Assembly (NCBI GenBank): GCA_001783715.1
Contig: MFNF01000055.1
Location: 2,849 to 66,848 of the forward strand
Direction: 5' to 3'
Source of the DNA: Candidatus Lambdaproteobacteria bacterium RIFOXYD2_FULL_56_26
GTDB taxonomy: Bacteria > SAR324 > XYD2-FULL-50-16
DNA length: 64,000 nt
Shown piece after piece: positions 43,388 through 53,250 of the stretch. Both the position numbers and the translations under genes were made by a program. Under the pieces are notes generated by a model. The model was given only the letters and a program-made list of their open reading frames with translations. It ran no database searches and had not been told where the DNA came from. The stretch's first letter is position 1, and each line of letters begins with the position of its first letter.

Positions 43388-46039
43388 CTATAGCTTTTGC
43401 TGCAATCGATGGACCAGTTGCAACGCCTCTAGGGGCGTTTTGTGGTTGAGGTCAAAGGACCGAAGTTCCTCAACCCAGGGAGCTTCGACCGGGGCAAAAC
43501 TGATCTGTTGGTTCACCGGTTCCGCCTTTGATTCCAGCTCCAGGCTGGGGTTACGGTCCAGAGAGTCGGCCAGCCGGGCTTGGGCATATTCGAGCCGGTT
43601 CAAGATCCCCTTGGCCAAAGAGAGCACCGAACGGGGCAGTCCTGCAAGCTCCGCCACATGAATGCCGTAACTTTTGTCTGCCTGTCCGGCAACCACTTTC
43701 TTTAAAAAGACAATCTTCTCCCCTTCTTCCTTGACCACCACCTTGGCGTTGCTGACCCCCTTGAGCTCCTCTTCAAGCCGGACCAGCTCGTGGTAGTGGG
43801 TGGCAAACAGGGTCAAGGCCCCGAGTCGGTGCAGGTGCTCGACAATCGCCCAGGCCAAACTGATCCCGTCCAAGGTGCTGGTCCCCCGGCCAATTTCATC
43901 CAAGATCACCAGACTGGTGCGGCTGGCGTTGTTGAGGATGCTGGCTGCTTCGGTCATCTCCACCATGAAGGTGGATTGGCCACGGGTCAAGCTGTCCGAA
44001 GCGCCCACGCGGGTAAAAATCCGGTCGAACAACGGCAGCCTGGCCTGTTTGGCTGGAACAAAACTTCCCATCTGGGCCATCAAGGCGATCAGGGCCGCTT
44101 GGCGCATGTAGGTGGATTTGCCGCCCATGTTGGGGCCGGTCAAGATGTGGATCCAGTCGGTCTGCCCGTTCAGTTCCAGGTCGTTGGCGATAAAAGGCTG
44201 GTCGGTCAAAATCGCCTCGATTACCGGGTGCCTCGCTTGGGAGAGGAACATCACCCGTTCGTTTGGGTCCAGGTTAAATTCAGGGCGGACATAGTTCCGC
44301 TCCCTGGCCACCTGGGCCAGACTGGACAGCACATCCAACTGGGCGAGCAGCCGAGACATGGCTTGGATGCGGCCCGCTTGGGCGATGACCTTGGCCCGCA
44401 GCTCCCCAAAAATCCTCATCTCCAGGGCCTTGGCTTCGTCGTCCGCACCGAGCAGGCTTTCTTCAAGTTCGGCCAACTCCGGGGTACTGTATCGCTCGCT
44501 GCCCGCTAGGGTCTGTTTGCGTAGGTAACGGTCCGGCACTTGGCCCTTGGTGGCCTTGGTGACCTCCAGGTAATAACCGAAGACCCGGTTGTAAGAGATT
44601 TTGAGGCTGCCGATCCCGGTTTCCCGCCGTTCCTTGGCTTCCAGATTGGCGATCAACTGCTTCCCGTCTCGGGCCAGCCCTCGAAGCCGGTCCAATTGCT
44701 CGTCCACCCCAGGGGCGATGTAGCCCCCTTCGGTTAACTTGACCCCGCTGGCCGATTCAACCAGTTGGCAGTCCAAGAGGTGGAAAAGGTCGGCCAGACT
44801 GTCAAAGGGCTGGGTGTATTTCTCCAGGCCGCTGCCTTGGGCCTTGCCCAGCAGCGCCTTGATCCCCTCCAGGGGGGCCAAGCCTCGTTTGAGCCGGATC
44901 AGGTCTTGGACAGTACAACCACTGAGGCTGATTCGGGCCAAGGTCCGCTCCAGGTCCCCAATCTCCTTGAGGCTTAGACGTAGCTCTTGGGTCAAGGGCA
45001 CCTGGGAAACAAAAGCGGAGACTCGGTCCAACCGCCGTGTGATCGCCCCCAACTCCAAGAGCGGCGAACCGATCCACCGGCGCAAGAGCCGAGAGCCCAT
45101 CGGGGTTTTGTTCAGGTCCAAGAGCCCCAGGAGACTGTTTTGCACCGAACCATCTTGGGATTCAAACAGCTCCAGGTTGGCCACCGTGGCCTCATCGAGC
45201 AGCATGGTCTTTTGGGGGTTGAGCCTTCTGATGCTCTGGAAGTGGGCCAGCGATTCTTTTTGGGTCTCCTTGAGGTAGGCGAGCAGTGCCCCGGCCGCAC
45301 AAAGCCCGGCGCTCAAACCGCCCAGTCCAAACCCGTCGAGGCTGAGTACCCCAAAGTGCTGGGTCAGTACCTTGACCGCCGGTTCTGGCTCAAAATGGTA
45401 GCGGTCAAAGGGCTCCAGGTGCGGAGGCTTTTGCAGCAGCCGTTCGACCAGGGGGCCATAAAAGTCTTCTCCCCGGTGGGCTTTGGGGAACAGGATTTCT
45501 TTGGGCCGGTAGAGCTGGAACCGCTCCAAAAAGGCCCCGTACCCCCCTTGGACCTCAATCTCCTCCAGCTCCAATTCCCCGGTGGTGAGGTCCGCAAAGG
45601 CTAAGCCCAGCAGCTTTTTGTGGGAATCCAAGGTGAGGCTCAGGAGGAACTGATTTTTCCCTGGTTCCAAGAGGTCTTCAGCCAAGATCGTGCCGGGGGT
45701 GATCACCCGGACCACTTCCCGCTTGACCAGCCCTTTGGCCAAGGCCGGGTCTTCCATCTGTTCACAAATGGCGACTTTGAGCCCCGCTTTGGTCAGCTTG
45801 TTGACGTAGGCTTGGTAGGCATGGACCGGCACCCCGCACATAGGAACCGCATTTGTGGTCCCTTTGCCCCGAGTGGTCAGTTGGATCTGCAGGACCTTGG
45901 AAGCGGCCACCGCATCTTCCCCAAACATCTCGTAAAAATCCCCCATCCGGTAAAACAAGATCGCTTCCCCGACCGCTTCCTTGGTCTGGTAGAAGTGCTT
46001 GAGCATCGGGGTCAGTTGGGCCTCTTTGGGCTCGGACAT
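43388..46039 (-). CDS. mutS: DNA mismatch repair protein MutS
   Basis: LTPMLKHFYQTKE...ILFYRMGDFYEMFGEDA, Walker A GPNMGGKSTYMRQ, and DEIGRGTST. Confidence 0.95.
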   Translation of the reverse strand: MSEPKEAQLTPMLKHFYQTKEAVGEAILFYRMGDFYEMFGEDAVAASKVLQIQLTTRGKGTTNAVPMCGVPVHAYQAYVNKLTKAGLKVAICEQMEDPALAKGLVKREVVRVITPGTILAEDLLEPGKNQFLLSLTLDSHKKLLGLAFADLTTGELELEEIEVQGGYGAFLERFQLYRPKEILFPKAHRGEDFYGPLVERLLQKPPHLEPFDRYHFEPEPAVKVLTQHFGVLSLDGFGLGGLSAGLCAAGALLAYLKETQKESLAHFQSIRRLNPQKTMLLDEATVANLELFESQDGSVQNSLLGLLDLNKTPMGSRLLRRWIGSPLLELGAITRRLDRVSAFVSQVPLTQELRLSLKEIGDLERTLARISLSGCTVQDLIRLKRGLAPLEGIKALLGKAQGSGLEKYTQPFDSLADLFHLLDCQLVESASGVKLTEGGYIAPGVDEQLDRLRGLARDGKQLIANLEAKERRETGIGSLKISYNRVFGYYLEVTKATKGQVPDRYLRKQTLAGSERYSTPELAELEESLLGADDEAKALEMRIFGELRAKVIAQAGRIQAMSRLLAQLDVLSSLAQVARERNYVRPEFNLDPNERVMFLSQARHPVIEAILTDQPFIANDLELNGQTDWIHILTGPNMGGKSTYMRQAALIALMAQMGSFVPAKQARLPLFDRIFTRVGASDSLTRGQSTFMVEMTEAASILNNASRTSLVILDEIGRGTSTLDGISLAWAIVEHLHRLGALTLFATHYHELVRLEEELKGVSNAKVVVKEEGEKIVFLKKVVAGQADKSYGIHVAELAGLPRSVLSLAKGILNRLEYAQARLADSLDRNPSLELESKAEPVNQQISFAPVEAPWVEELRSFDLNHKTPLEALQLVHRLQQKL

Positions 46040-46212
46040 GGGGCAGGCAGGGGTTTTTTAGGGGTTGGGGAATAAAAACTTTTTTGAAAGGGCAGGCTAC
46101 CCCAACGGGGAAAGAAAATCCAGCCCCAAGGGCAAAGGAGGCGCTTCAGGGAAAAGGTCGCTTTTTTTGTAGCACCCCGGGCGAAGTCGCCAGGGTTACC
46201 TGGGACAAAGGC

Positions 46213-47520
46213 TCAAGGGGCCAAAACATCCATAAACGCCGAGACCGAAAAAACCGCTTTGCCCAGTCCGGCTTGGCCGTAGCCGGGGGGGACTTTGAGG
46301 CCATAGTGGGTGAAACATTCTTTGTACCGTTTGAGCAAATAAACAAAATACTCCAACGGTGGTGGGGGCTGGGAGCCCAAGGCGCTCAAGGGTTCGGGGC
46401 ACCAGGTGGTGAACCGGGGCAGGATGCCTTTGGACATAAAGAACTCCAGCCCCAAAACGGTGGATTCTACGGCGGCTTCCACCGTTCCAAATCCGTAGGG
46501 GGCCGCCATTTCTACGCCGCCCACAAAGTTGGGGATTACATGGTCGGGGCCAAAAACCTCGGCGGACTCTACAATCCGGCGCATCCAGCGGTTGTAGCCA
46601 ACAAACCGCTCCTTGCCGGGGCAAAGTCGTTTGAACAGTTCCTGGTCCCAGACCTCATAGTTGGGGTGGTAAATTCGCACCCCGCCTTCGGTGTAAAGCC
46701 GTTGGCAATCGGCCTTCTCAAAGGCCTCCACAACGGCTTTTAAGATCCACCGGTCCCCAAACCGTTCAAAAATGGGCCGGGCATAATCCAGGTAAAAGTC
46801 CAGCTCGGTTTTGTGGTTCAAAAGGCCGGTGATGCTGCCGCCGGTCAAGGTGATCGCTTGGGTGGTCTTGGCCGTGTCGAGTCGGTTGATGGTCTCCAAG
46901 GCCTCCAAGATGTCGCTCAGGTCCTTGACCCCGGTGTATTCCCGGCCTGCCTTTTTTTGTTGCCGGTAATTTTCGTTGATGTCGCAAAACTGGCATTCTT
47001 CGTCTTTGCCCCAGTATTGGCAGAGCCGGTAAAGGGTCAGGTAAACCAGATAACCCCATTCCAGCACCGGGGCAATCTCGCTGATTTTTTTGCCGCTCTG
47101 CAAAGGGCTTTGGTAAAAGGGCGGGACCGGGTGGTACTCCACTTCCGCCAGTTGAACCTGGCCCAAAAACAACTGCAACTTCCCTTCGCCGATCCCCACT
47201 TGGTAGGGGCTGGTAGGGCTGAGCCGGACGTTGAAGATGGTCGGTTGCAAAAGGTAGGGGCCGCCAAAAAACCGGACCTCTTCGGGGGCCTTGAGGAGAT
47301 GCGCCCCGGCTTTTTCCAGGTCCTCCAAGGTACTCAGGTCAAAACTGAAGATAAAATAATCCTTTGGTTTGAACCCGGTGGCGATTCTCAAGCTGTCCTC
47401 GGAAAACCCTACGCCCAGGCGCAAGAGGTCCTGCTTGAGGATGGCCTCCATTGGCACCGAGGGGTACTTGGCGCTTAGGGCTTCGAGGGCTTGCAAGACC
47501 GCAGGGGCAGGGCTGTTCAC
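46213..47520 (-). CDS. Radical-SAM-like protein with a non-canonical Cx8Cx2C cluster motif
   Basis: CQYWGKDEECQFCD followed by ITLTGGS (a GGE-like SAM motif) and a TIM-barrel-like remainder. GTG 47520 overlaps the upstream TGA (GTGA). The ORF-track start 47766 lies inside the upstream gene. Confidence 0.5.
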   Translation of the reverse strand: MNSPAPAVLQALEALSAKYPSVPMEAILKQDLLRLGVGFSEDSLRIATGFKPKDYFIFSFDLSTLEDLEKAGAHLLKAPEEVRFFGGPYLLQPTIFNVRLSPTSPYQVGIGEGKLQLFLGQVQLAEVEYHPVPPFYQSPLQSGKKISEIAPVLEWGYLVYLTLYRLCQYWGKDEECQFCDINENYRQQKKAGREYTGVKDLSDILEALETINRLDTAKTTQAITLTGGSITGLLNHKTELDFYLDYARPIFERFGDRWILKAVVEAFEKADCQRLYTEGGVRIYHPNYEVWDQELFKRLCPGKERFVGYNRWMRRIVESAEVFGPDHVIPNFVGGVEMAAPYGFGTVEAAVESTVLGLEFFMSKGILPRFTTWCPEPLSALGSQPPPPLEYFVYLLKRYKECFTHYGLKVPPGYGQAGLGKAVFSVSAFMDVLAP

Positions 47521-48326
47521 TGGTTCATTCCTTCTTGGTAACTGGGGTAAACAAAGGTAAACTGAGTTTCCAACAGCCGTTGGTTGGAGAGCTTCCGTTC
47601 TGGGTGGACTGCAAAACCACGGCGGGCCAAGTAGCCTTCTTCCAGTTTGGGGACCAACTCCGGGTGCCGTTGGTGGACCCACTGGGCCACCTCCAAACTG
47701 CTGGCAGGTTTCAGGTCCAACGCATTGATCGGCGAGGGGAAGTCGGACTGCTCCAAAGCGGCCCAACAGATCCGGGCGAGGTCTTCGACATGGATCCGGT
47801 ACACCGGCCCCGAGTCTGCAGGCACCGGCAAGCCTTGCCTCATCCGCTCCAAGATGCTCCGGTCCGGCCCGTAGATCGCCGCCGGACGGATCACCTTGAG
47901 GTCAAAAAAACGGGCCAGCACCTGCTCGCTGAGCAACCGCAACTGGCCCTTTTCACTTTGTGGGGCAATGGCCCAGGTTTCGTCAAAAAGCCCCGGCTGG
48001 TTGGGGTAAACCGCAGTAGAGGAGAGATACACCAACCGACCCAACCGGGGCCGGTGCTTGGACATCCAGGCTCCCCAGGTTTCCAGTCGGGCCTGTTCCG
48101 CCTTCAGGTCAGGATGAACTGGCGGGATGGTCAACACCAAACCCTGGGCCTCTTGGGGGAGGTGGTCCCAGGTGTTTGGTTCGGCCCAATCGAAGGGCAC
48201 CCAAGGGACGGGTAGGCCCTGGGGCTTCTCGCCTCTGGAGGCGGCAAAGGAGCCCGGACCACAGGGACCTGCAGCCAGCACCCTGGCCCCCAGATACCCG
48301 TAACCCAAGACTCCCACCGCCTGCAT
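47517..48326 (-). CDS. NAD(P)-binding Rossmann-fold protein (atypical SDR / epimerase-like)
   Basis: VGVLGYGYLGARV at the N-terminus, LVYLSSTAVY, and IRPAAIYGP. Confidence 0.55.
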   Translation of the reverse strand: MQAVGVLGYGYLGARVLAAGPCGPGSFAASRGEKPQGLPVPWVPFDWAEPNTWDHLPQEAQGLVLTIPPVHPDLKAEQARLETWGAWMSKHRPRLGRLVYLSSTAVYPNQPGLFDETWAIAPQSEKGQLRLLSEQVLARFFDLKVIRPAAIYGPDRSILERMRQGLPVPADSGPVYRIHVEDLARICWAALEQSDFPSPINALDLKPASSLEVAQWVHQRHPELVPKLEEGYLARRGFAVHPERKLSNQRLLETQFTFVYPSYQEGMNQ

Positions 48327-48328
48327 GG

Positions 48329-49015
48329 TTACTCGATCCCCAACAGCTCCACGTCAAACGTCAACACCGAGTTGGGGGGGATTGCTCCGCCCATGCCCCG
48401 GTCGCCATAAGCCAATTCGGCGGGGATCACCAGGTGCCACTTGGAGCCGACCGACATCATGCCCAAGGCCTCGGTCCAACCGGGGATCACCCCGGTGACC
48501 GGGAAGACCGCCGGTTCACCCCGCTTGTAGCTGGAGTCGAACAGGGTCCCATCGGTCAACTTGCCTTCGTAGTGGACCTTGACCTTGGAGTCGGTCTTCG
48601 GCTTGGCCCCTTTGCCTTCGGTCAAAACCTTGTACTGGAGCCCGCTTTTGGTCACCTTTACGCCCGCCTCTTTTTTGTTTTTGTCCAAAAAGGCTTGTCC
48701 GGACTTCTGATTTTCCCCAGCCATCTTGCTCCTTTGGGCTTCCATTTTGGCGGTCAGTTTTTGCCGGAAATCGTTCATCACCTTGGCGGCTTCTTCTTCG
48801 GAAAGTTGTGGTTTGACCCCTTTGGTGCCGTCTTGCAGACCTTCGGCAATGGCGGCCAAGTCAAGCTCCACCCCTTGGCGGGTCAGGTTGGTGCCAAACT
48901 GGAGGCCCAACAGGTAGCTGACCTTTGCGGTTTCGGTGGTCAGTGGGGTTTTGGCCCAAGCGCTGGGTGCGCTTAAGACCAAGGCCAAACAAAGGCCCAA
49001 GGTGATCCGGGACAT
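48329..49015 (-). CDS. FKBP-type peptidyl-prolyl cis-trans isomerase (Mip/FkpA-like, secreted)
   Basis: Start at ATG 49015 (MSRITLGLCLALVLSAPSAWA signal peptide). FKBP core VHYEGKLTDGTLFDSSYKRGEPAVFPVTGVIPGWTEAL...LVIPAELAYG. Confidence 0.9.
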   Translation of the reverse strand: MSRITLGLCLALVLSAPSAWAKTPLTTETAKVSYLLGLQFGTNLTRQGVELDLAAIAEGLQDGTKGVKPQLSEEEAAKVMNDFRQKLTAKMEAQRSKMAGENQKSGQAFLDKNKKEAGVKVTKSGLQYKVLTEGKGAKPKTDSKVKVHYEGKLTDGTLFDSSYKRGEPAVFPVTGVIPGWTEALGMMSVGSKWHLVIPAELAYGDRGMGGAIPPNSVLTFDVELLGIE

Positions 49016-49055
49016 AGTGTTCCTTGTAGGAGAAATGTGGGTGGAAAAAGTTTTT

Positions 49056-50072
49056 TCAGCTTCGTACCTTTGGGGAGCGAAGTAAAGCCCTTTCCAGAGG
49101 TTTGAGGACCGGCCAGCAGAGCAAAAACCCCATCGGCCAGAGGAACCACAAAAACCATTCCTGCCAAACCCAGACCTCTTCCCCCGCTCCCTTTTCCACC
49201 CCGTCTCGGGCCAGGAATTTCCGGTACAACTCGGCCATGTCAACCTGTTTGGTTTGGGCGGGGATGTAATAACCGCCGGTGAGCTTGGCGATTTCCCGTA
49301 AGGTCCCTTCATCCAGCTTGGTTAGCACCACTTGGCCTTGGAAGGTCAAGGGACCGTCCTGGGTGGGGATGGGTGCCCCTTTGGGGTCGCCCAGGCCCAA
49401 GGTGTGGACCCTCACCCCCTTTTGGGCGGCCAGCTTTGCCGCCCCCAGGGGGTCGGACTGGTGGTCCTCTCCGTCGGTGATCAATAAAATCTCCCGGCCT
49501 TGGGTGGTAGGGTCAAAAAACAACATCTCCAAGGCCTGGGAAAGGGCCGCCCCGGTTTGGGTGCCGCCCAGCCTGATCTGGTTGGGGTTCGCCTGGGACA
49601 AGGCGGAGTTAAAAAAGGTGTAGTCCAAGGTCAAGGGGCACAAAAGCTTCACCTCCCCGGCAAAGCCCAGGAGCGCAATCCGCTCCCCCCCCAAAGCCAA
49701 AACCAGCTCTTCGATCATCCCTTTGGCCCGTTCCAGCCGGTTGGGCCGGAGGTCTTCGGCGAGCATGCTTTTGGAAAGGTCGAGCAGAATCACCAGATCC
49801 CGGCCCTTTTTTTGGGCCAGCTTGGGGGTAGGTTCCCCTTGGGGACGCATCAAGGCAAAAATCCCCAAGGCCAGCACCAACACCGGCCAGCCAAACCGTT
49901 CCAGAGGGTGGGTCCGGTGGGGGAGCAACTTGGCCAGGAGCGTGGGGCTAAAGTGCCTCTGCAGGACCAAAAACCCCTTTTGGTGATTCTTGTAGCCAAA
50001 GTAAGCCAGCAGAGGCAGCAAGAGCAGCCAAAGGCCCCATTGGGGCTCAAAAAACCGAAACCAGGGGTTCAT
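49056..50072 (-). CDS. VWA-domain membrane protein (BatB-like)
   Basis: ATG 50072 overlaps the crcB TGA (ATGA). N-terminal TM helices, MIDAS-type LLDLSKSM, TDGEDH, and a C-terminal TM. Confidence 0.75.
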   Translation of the reverse strand: MNPWFRFFEPQWGLWLLLLPLLAYFGYKNHQKGFLVLQRHFSPTLLAKLLPHRTHPLERFGWPVLVLALGIFALMRPQGEPTPKLAQKKGRDLVILLDLSKSMLAEDLRPNRLERAKGMIEELVLALGGERIALLGFAGEVKLLCPLTLDYTFFNSALSQANPNQIRLGGTQTGAALSQALEMLFFDPTTQGREILLITDGEDHQSDPLGAAKLAAQKGVRVHTLGLGDPKGAPIPTQDGPLTFQGQVVLTKLDEGTLREIAKLTGGYYIPAQTKQVDMAELYRKFLARDGVEKGAGEEVWVWQEWFLWFLWPMGFLLCWPVLKPLERALLRSPKVRS

Positions 50073-50452
50073 AACCAAATCCGTCCCAACCGGTCTCCAG
50101 CGTAAACCATCAAAAGGCCCAAGACCAACTGGGCCACCAGATTGGCGATGCCGTTGAGCGTCATGCCGGCCTTAAAAAAATAAAAACTCTCCAGCCCAAA
50201 GGTTGAAAAGGTGGTCAGCCCTCCCAGTACCCCGGTGATCAAAAACATCCATCCTGCCGACCCGGCCATTCCCCTGGCTTGGAACAAGGCAGCGATCAGG
50301 CCGATCAAAAGACAGCCCAGGCCGTTGACCAGGAGCGTCCCCAGCGCCACGAAGGCGGTGGGAAAAAGGCGGTTTGCCCAGTTGGTCAGGAGAAACCGGG
50401 CCACCGTGCCCAGGGCCCCACCCAAACCGATCACCAAAATTTGTACCATCAA
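50069..50452 (-). CDS. crcB: Fluoride ion channel CrcB/FluC
   Basis: 127 aa, 4 TM. IGLGGALGTVARF, GTLLVNGLGCLLIG, and GVLGGLTTFSTFGLE. Confidence 0.85.
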   Translation of the reverse strand: MMVQILVIGLGGALGTVARFLLTNWANRLFPTAFVALGTLLVNGLGCLLIGLIAALFQARGMAGSAGWMFLITGVLGGLTTFSTFGLESFYFFKAGMTLNGIANLVAQLVLGLLMVYAGDRLGRIWL

Positions 50453-50467
50453 AACCCTCGTGGCCGG

Positions 50468-51505
50468 TCAAGGCAGTTTTCTCAGCGGTCCAAAAGAAAG
50501 GATAAATTCCAGCAGCAACAAGCCCAAAGCGGGGACCAAAAACCAAGCAAACCGCTCCTTGTAGGTCACCTGCCGTTCCTCGAATTGGCTTTTTTCCAAC
50601 CGGTCGATCTCTTGGTAAACCTTGCGCAGCGATTCGCCGGTGGTGGCCTTAAAAAAGGCTCCCCCGGTGATCCGGGCCGCCTCTTCGATCATGCTGGTGT
50701 CCAAAAAGGGGTTGTTCAACCGAAAAAAGCTGCCCAACCCGCCAAACTGGGGCGGCTCCCCGACAATGGCGATGCTGTAAAGCTTGATGCCGTTAGCGGC
50801 GGCGGTTTTGGCAGCCTCCAAGGGGTCGGTCCCACCGGGGGTTTGTTGACCGTCGGTCAGCAGGATCAGTATCTTGGACTTTAGCTCCCGCTCCCCTTTC
50901 CCCTCATGTCCCAGCATGCCCTGGTAGGCGATCATCCGCAAGGTGGATTGGGCAATGGCATCGCCGATCATGGTCCCGTCTTCGTACCGCTGGGCCACCT
51001 GGAGCCCCTGGGCAAAGTGGACCAAACTTTGGTGGTCTCGGGTCAAAGGGGAGATTTCGTCCACAAAACCCGAAAAGGTCATCAGCCCGATCAGGTCCGC
51101 ACCCCTGCCGGGCAGGCCCTTGGGGGTGCCCAAGATAAAATCCCCAAAGACCTGTTTGACCACCTGCAACCGGGGCATTTCCTGGCCTTCATAAAGCATC
51201 GGGTCGAGCATCGAACTGCTGCGGTCTAGGACCATCAAAATGGCTACCCCTTCGGTTTGGGTCTTGACCGCCTGTTCCATCACCTGGGGCCGGGCGAGGC
51301 TCAAGGCCACCAGGGCCACTGCGACCAGCCTCAGCCAGGGCAGGGTTTGGGCCGCCCGGACCTTGCGGCTGGGTTTGGCGCTTCTTAAAGCCGAAGGATC
51401 GGCCAGCTTGAGCGCCGGACCTTGGGGCCGACGGAGCCCCCACAAAAAGAGCCCCAGGTAAACCGTAAAAAACATCAGCCCCCAAGGCCAATCCCTAAAC
51501 TCCAT
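50468..51505 (-). CDS. VWA-domain membrane protein (BatA-like)
   Basis: Two N-terminal TM helices, VLDRSSSM (MIDAS), ILLTDGQQT, and a C-terminal TM. Confidence 0.8.
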   Translation of the reverse strand: MEFRDWPWGLMFFTVYLGLFLWGLRRPQGPALKLADPSALRSAKPSRKVRAAQTLPWLRLVAVALVALSLARPQVMEQAVKTQTEGVAILMVLDRSSSMLDPMLYEGQEMPRLQVVKQVFGDFILGTPKGLPGRGADLIGLMTFSGFVDEISPLTRDHQSLVHFAQGLQVAQRYEDGTMIGDAIAQSTLRMIAYQGMLGHEGKGERELKSKILILLTDGQQTPGGTDPLEAAKTAAANGIKLYSIAIVGEPPQFGGLGSFFRLNNPFLDTSMIEEAARITGGAFFKATTGESLRKVYQEIDRLEKSQFEERQVTYKERFAWFLVPALGLLLLEFILSFGPLRKLP

Positions 51506-52355
51506 GGGCCTCCTTGGCGATCCAGGCCCGCATTTCCTCTAGGGCCGCTAGGCTTAAGGCCGGTCCGGGGTCATAGGCGGCGAATTTGACTTGGTCGCTC
51601 AGGTGAAAATACCGGTCCAGCCCCTGGCGGACGGAGGGGCTCAAAAGGGTAGAGCGACGGGCAGACCACAAAAACTCCTCGGTCGTTTGCCCCCAGACAG
51701 GCAGGCCGTACTTCCCGGTCAGGTACGTCTTGAGCAGCAAACTCAACTCTACGTGGAAGCCCTTGAGGTCCTGGGGGTTAAACCGGTTTTCCAGTTCCTG
51801 AAGCCGGGCCAAGGCCAGTGTTTCGGGGCTGACCGGGGGAGGCAAGACCACCTTTTGGGGGCGGCGCAGCCACCAGCCCAGGGGCAGGGCCAAGACCAAA
51901 GAGAGCCCCAAGCCCGCCACCACCCAGCCCCAACGAAGCCCCGGTTCCAAAGGCGGCAACAGGGCGGGTGCCCCAGGCTGGGCCGGAGCGGCGACCTCAT
52001 ACTCCAAGGCAGGCCCCGATTGGGATTTTGGGGTGCCCCGTTCCAGGTAACGGACCACCGGGCTGGGAAGCTGGACGGTCCCTGGCCGGACCGGGCTCAA
52101 GGTGAAGGTCCAGGTGGTCTGGAAGGTCCCGTTTTCGTAACCCAAGGTTTTGTCCGGGCCAATCACCACCAAGGGCAGCTTGGCCGGGGGCACCAGTTCC
52201 AAGTCCCGAACCTCGGGGCCATAACGGGCGCTCACCGACCAGACCTGGGGCGTTTCAAAGGGCAGGTGCGGATGGCCGAGCGAGACGGACAGCTCCAAGG
52301 CCAACAGGGGCAAGGAAAAACCACAAAAGGCCAGAAACCAAAACAGGGTTTTCAT
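51495..52355 (-). CDS. Hypothetical membrane protein in a Bat-like operon (DUF4381-like position)
   Basis: Signal/TM at the N-terminus and a central TM (WGWVVAGLGLSLVLALPLGWWL). The ATG overlaps the DUF58 stop (ATGA). The family assignment is by position only. Confidence 0.45.
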   Translation of the reverse strand: MKTLFWFLAFCGFSLPLLALELSVSLGHPHLPFETPQVWSVSARYGPEVRDLELVPPAKLPLVVIGPDKTLGYENGTFQTTWTFTLSPVRPGTVQLPSPVVRYLERGTPKSQSGPALEYEVAAPAQPGAPALLPPLEPGLRWGWVVAGLGLSLVLALPLGWWLRRPQKVVLPPPVSPETLALARLQELENRFNPQDLKGFHVELSLLLKTYLTGKYGLPVWGQTTEEFLWSARRSTLLSPSVRQGLDRYFHLSDQVKFAAYDPGPALSLAALEEMRAWIAKEAHGV

Positions 52356-53236
52356 CGCCGCCGGGCCCGTTGGCGGAAAAAGCCCTCCAACTTTTGGTCC
52401 AGGTCGTCGGTTTCCTTGACCTGGAGGTAGTCGGCACCCAGGAGAGTGAAGGACTTTTTTCGGTTTTCCGGTCCCTGGGGGGCGAGGTTAACCAAGTCGA
52501 GCAATTCTCGGCTCCCCGACTCCAGCCCTTCTACCTCGATCAGCCCCAGCCCGCTCAACTCCAGGGGCACCGGCTCCCCCGTTTCGATCACCACCAGGTC
52601 TTGTTTTTTGGCCAGGTGGCGCAGCGGTTTGGCGTAGTTGTGGGGGTCCAAAAAGTCGCTGACCAAAAACAACACCCCTCTTCGTTTGAGCGCTTTGTTG
52701 CAGTACTCCAAGGCGGTCCCGATGTGGGTCCCCTTGGACTGGGGGGTGAAGTGGAGCAGTTCTCGGATCAACCGCAAAAAATGTTTGCGCCCCTTTTTGG
52801 GTGGAACAAACAACTCTACTTGGTCGGTAAACACCAACAACCCCAGGGAATCGTTTTTGCGCATCCCCGAGAGGCCCAAGGCGGCGAACAACTCCACGGC
52901 CAAGTCAAACCGGGTTTTGGTCCCCAACCCAAAACCGGAGGAGCCGGAACCGTCGATGACAAAAAACACCGACAGTTCCCGTTCCTCAATGAAGGTTTTG
53001 ATGTAGGGGTGGCCCATCCGGGCGCTGACCATCCAGTCAATGTACTTGGGGTCGTCTCCGGGGCTGTATTCCCGGACTTGGTCGAACTCCATGCCCCGGC
53101 CCCGGAAGGCGCTTTGGTATTCTCCGGCCAAGTGGTCGTTGACCCGTTTGCGGCTGGTCAGCTGGACTGCCTTGACCCGCTTGAACAGTTCCGCTTCAAG
53201 GCGAGGTTCGGTGGGTTTGGAGGGGGGAGGGGCCAT
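52352..53236 (-). CDS. DUF58-domain protein (MoxR-associated)
   Basis: LAGEYQSAFRGRGMEFDQVREYSPGDDPKYIDW is the hallmark DUF58 motif, followed by a VWA-like remainder. Confidence 0.8.
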   Translation of the reverse strand: MAPPPSKPTEPRLEAELFKRVKAVQLTSRKRVNDHLAGEYQSAFRGRGMEFDQVREYSPGDDPKYIDWMVSARMGHPYIKTFIEERELSVFFVIDGSGSSGFGLGTKTRFDLAVELFAALGLSGMRKNDSLGLLVFTDQVELFVPPKKGRKHFLRLIRELLHFTPQSKGTHIGTALEYCNKALKRRGVLFLVSDFLDPHNYAKPLRHLAKKQDLVVIETGEPVPLELSGLGLIEVEGLESGSRELLDLVNLAPQGPENRKKSFTLLGADYLQVKETDDLDQKLEGFFRQRARRR

Positions 53237-53250
53237 AGGTTGGTGGGGGC

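Noticed and set aside
50453-50467. Fluoride riboswitch upstream of crcB
   Set aside because: Only 15 nt separate the upstream stop from the crcB start. The crcB-motif RNA needs roughly 50-60 nt.
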